From: Lama glama
Taxonomy: Eukaryota
NCBI GenBank assembly: GCA_028534125.1
Contig: CM052818.1
Span: 2,296,001-2,360,000 of the forward strand
Reading direction: 5' to 3'
DNA: 64,000 bases
Made by a program: the position numbers and the translations under genes. Shown piece by piece: positions 13,620 through 64,000 of this stretch. The notes beneath the pieces are model-generated. The model saw only the letters and a program-made list of their open reading frames with translations. It was not told the origin of the DNA and did not search any database. How positions within the stretch are numbered: the first letter of the stretch is position 1; each line of letters starts with the position of its first letter.

Positions 13620-13820
13620 AGAACAGTTGGCAAACTTCGTCCATAAAGGACCAGAGAGCCAACACTTTCACATTTGCCGGCCACGTGGGTTCTGTTGCAA
13701 CTACTCAGGGCCGCCAGGGCAGGACAGCAGCCTTAGACAACGCACACAAAGACAGGGTGTTTGCACAAGCAGGGCAGAGGGCCAGACTTGGCCTGTGGAC
13801 CACGGTTTGCCAACACCTGC
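13620..13820 (+). mobile_element. MER58-like hAT element
   Basis: Terminal inverted repeats (TIRs) gttggcaaac ... gtttgccaac; internal tctgttgcaactactca. Confidence 0.75.
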
Positions 13821-15629
13821 TCCATAAGGGGAGGTTATTCGTTTTGCTGAGTTATCATCTCCATCTGATAAGTGAGAAAATTGGATTCCAGAGGTTAATG
13901 CTTTCCCTCAGGTTGCACGGGAAATTCGCTAGCAGAGCCAGGGGTCCCCCAGGACACCCTCAGGGCTCTTCCCAGCTCCCGAGTCCCCATCAGAACTCAG
14001 CACCTGCTCAGGGATCTGGGGCAGGACAGGACTGAGCTCCAAGTCAGGGCCTTGGGGAGCCCATGCCCGTGTTACTGCCCTGGCGGCCCCGGCCTCAGCT
14101 TCCAGGGAAACTCCACACAGGCTGGCGAGCCGGGCCAGAGGAGGAGAGCCCTGTAAAAGAGGAAACCGGGAACGCACAGCCCTCCCTGCCTAATCGGGGC
14201 TGATTGCAAGCTTAAGTGGAATAGCAGGCGAGGGTGCAACCCCATTTAATTTACAGCGGCAGCCAGGGCTTGACAGCAGCTGCGAAACTCCTCGCAAAAC
14301 TACCGGCCAGCCCCCGGGGAGCCTGGGAGTAGACTAGGAAATCTGGAGAGTGCACACTGCCACGTGTGGGCTGGCGTGAGTATCTGTGTTTGCGTGTGCG
14401 TGTGTGTCCCTCTAGGCTTTCCACATCTCTGAAGTCTGCAGAGAAGGCTCCAGCAGCTTTCACGCCATGCCAGAGTGCCTCTCTCATCAGGACAACTGTA
14501 GGTCCCAGTCTGCCCGGAAGGCTCCCAGCTCATGCCTATTTTCCAGCGTGATTTTTAATAGTGTCCCAGACCAGACAATAAATTGTAAGGTCACCCTAGC
14601 ATCTGTGGATGCAGACCCTCAGGCAGGTATAATGACAACACAGGGGCACCTGTCCCATCCACCTAGCTGTGATACACACTCCTGAGCAGCCACACGTGCC
14701 CGTGTGCCGGTGTCTGGTGTCAGGTACACGGACGGACACACAACTGGACCCTCCAGGCTTCAACATCCAAATATTGAGCAAGACCGACCCAGAGTCCACC
14801 CATTTAGGGGATGTACTCAAATGACCCTTCTACGTGGGGAGCGGGAGGATCAGAGAGGAGAGCCGGCTCGCAATCCACCCTGTAGCACAATGCCAGGTAT
14901 AGAACAGGTGCTCAGTTAGCACGTTCGAGAAACACAGAGCCGCCTTCCAACGGCCCACGGAGCCAGCCAGGGGCCTCAGTTACTTGACAAGGCAAACTCC
15001 TTTAAGCTCCTAGGTGCTGCCCTTGCTCAAGGTACCCACTCAATGAAGCAGGCATAGGCACCCTGCACACAGCAGGGTTTCATCCTGGTCCAGAGATGGC
15101 CACACCCACATCTGATCTCCTTTTTAGGCAGCACAAACTCCAAATTACCCTTCTCTGGCACCAGTCTCTCCCTGACCCCCGTCCTAGCATTGCAGACTCC
15201 CAGCTGCCCTTCCCTGTCCCCTGACTGGGGCTGGGGATGCCTGTCTCCTTGGGTCCCTCTGCACCTCAGGCCAGGACTCAGGCCCCTGTCAACCAATCGG
15301 AGGCTTCCTGGGTGGGGGCAGTGGTGGTGCCCACTCCTCTTCAGCTGCCCAGCTGCTCCAGGGAGGCCAACTGGCCTGGCTGCAACACGAGGCAGGGGAT
15401 GTCCACAGCCAAGGGTTCCAGCCCAGGATGCTCCATGGGACCCCATTCAGAGGTCCTCTGTGCGGGGAGGACTTTATGCCCGAATAGCACAGTGGAGAGA
15501 TGAACCTAAGGAGAGAGGGCAGAAGAGTCTGCTGCTTCGGCCTCGGTTCTAGAACTGACTCATGCTGTGCCATGGGCAAACTCCTTCTCAGGCCTCAGTT
15601 TCTTCTGGGGTCACATTAGGGGCTCAGAG

Positions 15630-15788
15630 TTGTTCTGTAACATGGCAGCCACTAGCCAGGCGTGGCCATCAAGCTCTTGAAATATGACCAGTGTGACTGG
15701 GGAGCTGAATTTTCCTATTTTAATGGCTTTCAGTGTAAATTTAAATAGCTGTGCCTGACTAGTGGCTACCATATTGGACAGTGCAGGT
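15630..15788 (+). mobile_element. MER3-like hAT fragment flanked by MIR pieces
   Basis: atggcagccactagcc...aaatttaaatagctgtg...tagtggctaccatattggacagtgcag. Confidence 0.7.
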
Positions 15789-16004
15789 CTGGAACCTCAG
15801 TCTCCCCAGCTGTAAAATGGGTGGTATAATTGAGCCTTCTGGGGTCACTGCAAGGATGAAATGAGACAATGTACATAAAGCTCTCAACCTGGGCTTCGGC
15901 ACAAGGTAAAATGGATTTTAGTCATTCTTATCCTCTTTTGGATCCTGGATTTGCTTGAGAATTGGAGAAAACCCTGGACCTTACGCCAGACTTTACCCAC
16001 CACA

Positions 16005-16165
16005 GACACACCACACACACGTATATCCCATGTGTGCACATGCCATACACATCAATGCACACTTGCACGTACATATCACACACGCACACATATCATGTGA
16101 GGCACATCATACACGGGCTGACACATTCAGACACACGTGTACACACAGATCACACAACCACACCC
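16005..16165 (+). repeat. Degenerate CA/CACAT-rich low-complexity tract
   Basis: Repeated acacac/gcacat/tacac motifs. Confidence 0.7.
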
Positions 16166-19100
16166 TCAACCTCGCATCCAATTCAAGCAGCGCCAAAGCC
16201 AGGTGGAGGGAGCTTCCAAACATGAGAGTTCCCCCCAGCTCTAGAAATCCCCAAGGCTCTGTGCACATGTAGCCTTGTCTCCATCTCCTCCACTCCCTGC
16301 CCAGGCTCAGGCATCTCAGAAAACCCTTCTCAACACTCAGGGCCAACCACAGAGACAGGGCTCTGGAAAAAATCCTCACGCATGGAGGGCAGGCCCAGGG
16401 CAAGGGCCATAGGATGGATTCTGTGAGCTCATCCCCGGCAACCATCACCAGAGTTCTCCGCGAGGCCGGTGGCGTCGGGAGGGGGTGACTGGGTGGGAGC
16501 CGGCGGTGGTGGCGGCGGCAGTGAGGGGTGTGGGGCAAGGAGAGGGAGGCTGGATGGAACACGCTATAATAGCAGCTTTGTACTCTGCTGCCCAGCTCCC
16601 TGGGAAAGCCAGGAAGATTATGAAACCCGGTGTCTTTGGGAATGCCAGGATATTAGCTGGAAAAAGAATAATACGAAAATAAAATAATGCTCGGGATGGA
16701 GACAGCAGACGATTAGCAGACAGAGCCAGGGCCTCCCGCTCCTCTGAGGGAGCCAGGCTTGGCCCCAGCAGAAGGTTTCAGGGAAAGGCTGCCCGTGCTA
16801 ATGAGCAGACAGGGCCTGCCTTCCAGCAAGACGTCTTCAAGGAGGGGAGCTGGCAAGTGAGGCCCGGCTTGCTGGTGGACGCGTGAGCCAGGGGAGGGGT
16901 GGTGGGAGGCAAGGGAGCGCCACAGGCCTGATCCTTGAGCCCAGAAGTCCAGAAATGTCAGATTACCAGGAAGGCCACCTGGCCACCACCCACAGTCCTC
17001 CAAGCTCTGCTCCCCAGGAGCCTCCAAGGAGCCTCCGTCCTCAGGCACTGTCACTCTGCAATGACTCTTCTTCTGCCCTCCAACACTTCAAAGATGCAGA
17101 TTCTGTTGGGTTTATTTGCATTTACATGTGAATATCCCTCTTCCTAATGAGACAGGAGTTCCCTGTGAGCCAGGCCTCCACCATCAGATCAAGGATCATT
17201 AGAAGAAAAGACCCCTTTTGCCCCATCACGGAGCAGGGAGAACCCGTCCTCTTTCCCTGCCTCCCTCCCTAGGACCCTGGCCACACACCTTCAGCCAGGA
17301 ACAGACACCCTGCCACCCTCAGAAAAGCACACAAGTAGAGGGCCGATGTGACTGCCTCCCTCATCTTCACGAGGTACTATGCACCTGACTTCCTTGCTCC
17401 CCGAAGATGATCCTTGGACCGGCAGCATGGGCATCGCGGGAGGCTTGCTAGACATGGAGACCCTCAGGCCCCACCCAGACATCAAATCAAGAGTGTGCGT
17501 TTTAACAAGACCCCCCGATGGGCCCTACGTGCATTAAGGCTGAGAAGCACCTCGTACATGTGTCATGTCCTTAATCCTTACAAGGACCCTACCTAGGATG
17601 TGATGACTTCCGTAAGTTTGGTAGCAGTCACTAAGTAATGGCTGAAGCAGAGGAAGCAGAAATCAAACCAATCCTGAGCAATTCAGAAGCCTCACCAGCC
17701 CCACCACAGTCTTGTCAAGTAAATTAGCAGGCATTAGGGACCAGCAGGCAAAGGCCAGTACCTGGAATAGGAGATCGGTCTTGGCACCCAGAAAACCCAG
17801 CCGTCTGCCCCCATGATGCACTCTAGCCCCAGTGCGTTGCTGGGGCATCAGTCCCTCCTGGGACAAGGGATGTCCTCGGTCCTGGCAGGAAGCATGGAAA
17901 GGTGACCACGGAAGGGGTGTGCATGGGTGTGTGTGTGCGTGCGTGCGTGCGCACACGTACACATGCATGAGTATGCTGATGGGGGCTCCTTGACTCAAGT
18001 ACAGAGTGGTCCAGACGGCTCCCGTCCAAATGCCGGGCACACCGAAGACTGTGTCCCCCAGCTCCGGGTTTGTGGGATCCAGCCGCCCCAACCAGTCTGC
18101 CTCTGGTTCCCTGTGTCAGCAGAGCTCCCCTGGGACTCAGAGGGCCCCACTGAGTTGATTCCTTCCTCTCATTACAAGCGAGTCACATCTATCACAATCA
18201 GCCACCTTCCCGGGGCTGCTCACTTGACATTCATCCCAGCGCTCCCTCGTAACATTTTCTCCCACACCAAGAGTAAACGGATTGGTTTCTCTGTTCTGGG
18301 AAATGCCCCTCTTCATTCTCCCAGTCACCGAGCCATGCAGGCTTGGCAGTGGGTCCCCCAGCCCTGCTCGTCCTCTTCACTTAGATCCTGGCCAGCCCCG
18401 GAGCCATCCACGCTGCCTTCCACGTGTCTCCCAGCACCTCTGGCCTCACGCCCTCTCTCCTCCCAGCCCCTCACCTCGCAGCTGACGCTCAGCCCCCACG
18501 CCCGCCTCCGACCCTGGGCCGCCTGGCAGGCAGCCGCCAAATCCATCTTTCTCACACAGCACTTCACTGTGTGTGTCACACTTGCCAGGGCCAACCGTGA
18601 ACTCATCGCGGCCCCAGGCCCACCCCGCCCCGTGGCCTGGCCATGGGAGCAGCACTACTGTCCACCAGAGGAGCCTCTGAGACCCGTTTGACCCTTCCCT
18701 CTCCGAGCCCTGATACTCCGCCTCCCCTAGCTCCAGTCCCATGGCTCCCACCCCAGATGGTCACCTCATCCCAGGTCTCTACCCAAGACTCCCGGTGGTC
18801 TCCCTTTGAAAGGCTCTCTCTCCCCAACCATCTTCCACAGACACTTATTTAATGGCCCCAAGACCCAGCTCTGACCAGAGCACTCCTCTTCCGCTCAACA
18901 ACCCACACTTGCTCCCTACTGTTCATTCAAGGGTCCTGTGGTTGTCATCTGTAGCTCTGCCCAGCACTGTTGTGCGTTTTTTTTTTTCCTTTCCAGATGC
19001 TCTTCTTCCCAATGTAGTGGGGCTGTCAACCACAGAAAAGGGGCATGACTCAGGACAGTCCCTCAGAACATTCTGTTCCTCACCCTCGGGCCCAGGGGCT

Positions 19101-20661
19101 GGAGGTGGGGGGGTGTGCACCGCGCCAAGCAGAGCCAGCCCGTCACATACAAGACTGTACCGGCGTCGCCGAGATGGCACGCTCTCCCCTCCCGGGTCTC
19201 CAGCTGTGAGGGAAGCGGGCGATGCCTGCCGGGCTGCGCTGTTTTACGGAGTAGGGCTTTGCTGGCTGTAAAGATGGTGTCAGCCTTTTGTCACGGGCAC
19301 CATCTTTGCCACCACATGGAGCGAGCTGGTGTGAGAACGGGGCCAAGACAGAGGAGCAGGTCCGAAACACCGCGTCCCAGGGACACCGTGTGAGCCCCTA
19401 TTCCCGCCAGGCCTAACGCCTGGTTGCCCTCTTGGTGAATCAGAGTCCCGGCAATCTGAGCCCTTAGGCTCTTTTTCTCTCTTCGGCCCACTTGAGTTGA
19501 GTTTCTGTCTGGCTCCCGAGGGGACAGGCACCCTCAGACCTAGCCCTGCCTTGGAGGTCTGCCCAGGTCTTTGCTCCTCACCCCTCGGCTGGAGCCACAC
19601 ATCCTCCCCGCAGTGCTGCCCTGTGCACAAGCCAGGCCCTTTCTGATGAGACAAAGGGAGCCCTGCCTTCCAAGACTCCCTGGCTGCAGCTGGTCCAGTC
19701 TGGGGGACAGCTCCATCCAGCTCAGGGGCCCAAGGAGCCAGAGTTCTGTGGTCTCCTTTCAGCCTCCCCACCACTTGGCCCTCAGACCCGGGCTGGGGGG
19801 TTCCCTCCAGAACCTCCGACATCACCTGGCCCCTAGAGGGTTTCCTCTCCCAAACTGTCACCCCTGGGCCTGGCCCACCATCAAGGCCTGAGAGTGATGG
19901 GACCTCCAGGCCCTGCCCGCTCCCCTCCCTGGGCACTGCTGGCCTCAGCTCCCTTTTCTGTAGCCATCCCATCAGATCACGCATCTGCCCTACTGTACTC
20001 CCCAGCCGAGAACTAAGGCCGACTGCCCCTCACCCAGACCAGAAACCCTCTCACACACACACTGCTGGCTCACACAGACACACTCAGATTCTACCAGGCA
20101 GTGAAGTTGGTGGGACCTGCTCCCCTGGGTCACGGCTCAAAGCCCCCCGACCAGGGGGCAGGGAGTCCTGGCTGGATTTCAGAGGTGCCCCCTCCTGGGA
20201 ACTGACTCCCAACTCTAGGAGTCCCCAGACCAACAGAACAGGGACAGGCTGCCTCCTGGCCCTGACTGCCCCTGTGCAGACTGTCCAGGAAGGGCCTGCT
20301 CATCTCTTAGGGAGCACGTCATCCAGACCCTGGGGAACCCTGGGCTGACCCCCACTCCACTGGCTCCGGGAAGTACACTCAGGCAGGACAGCCCACCTGG
20401 AGTTCGGTCTCTGAGGCACCTCTGTCCCCAAAATTCCCAAGGATGCCCATGAGAGACCCTCCATCTCAGGAGGACTCCTGTCCAACCAAAGACATTGGGA
20501 GTCACTAGGCCCCTCTGGCGACTCCCTTGGGCTAGGCCAAAGTCCTCCTGGCCCACTCCCAGGCCAAACAGCCTCTTCAAGAGGAGCCACGTCCCTTGGC
20601 TCCAATCACAGATCAGGCCATCCAAGGGCCGGAGCCCTCTCCCCTGCTCCCATCTTGATTA

Positions 20662-63883
<43,222 letters not shown>

Positions 63884-64000
63884 CTACAACACAAGCAAAT
63901 GGGATTCCTTAATGTGCTCTTGAGCACCGTGTTTTCCCTTCCTTTTCTGAGAGCTCAACCAACTCACATAAAGGGTGCATCTTGAAAGCAGATCTCTCCC

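Overview
Mammalian genomic DNA containing the middle of the dysferlin gene (DYSF) on the minus strand. Nineteen coding exons, equivalent to human exons 12-30, lie between 63883 and 20875. All have canonical GT-AG boundaries and splice into one uninterrupted 2295-nt (765-codon) frame covering the C2C, FerA, FerB and nested DysF regions. The rest is intronic. It contains young tRNA-derived SINEs and a young truncated L1 that resemble camelid repeats (species is an inference), ancient L1/L2/MIR/MER/LTR relics, an (AC)27 microsatellite and a 500-N scaffold gap. I found no exon 31-33 sequence in positions 1-20874, so exons 31-32 may be lost in the gap. Almost all ORFs in the supplied track are spurious. 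I see no convincing new biological system. The best leads are regulatory or splicing-level: an intronic CpG island, a CTCF/MEF2/STAT module, paired SOX sites, inverted SINE pairs, an in-frame retainable intron and a Val>Met change in a conserved C2 motif. Exon numbers and repeat family names come from my recollection of human DYSF and repeat consensus sequences, not from a search.
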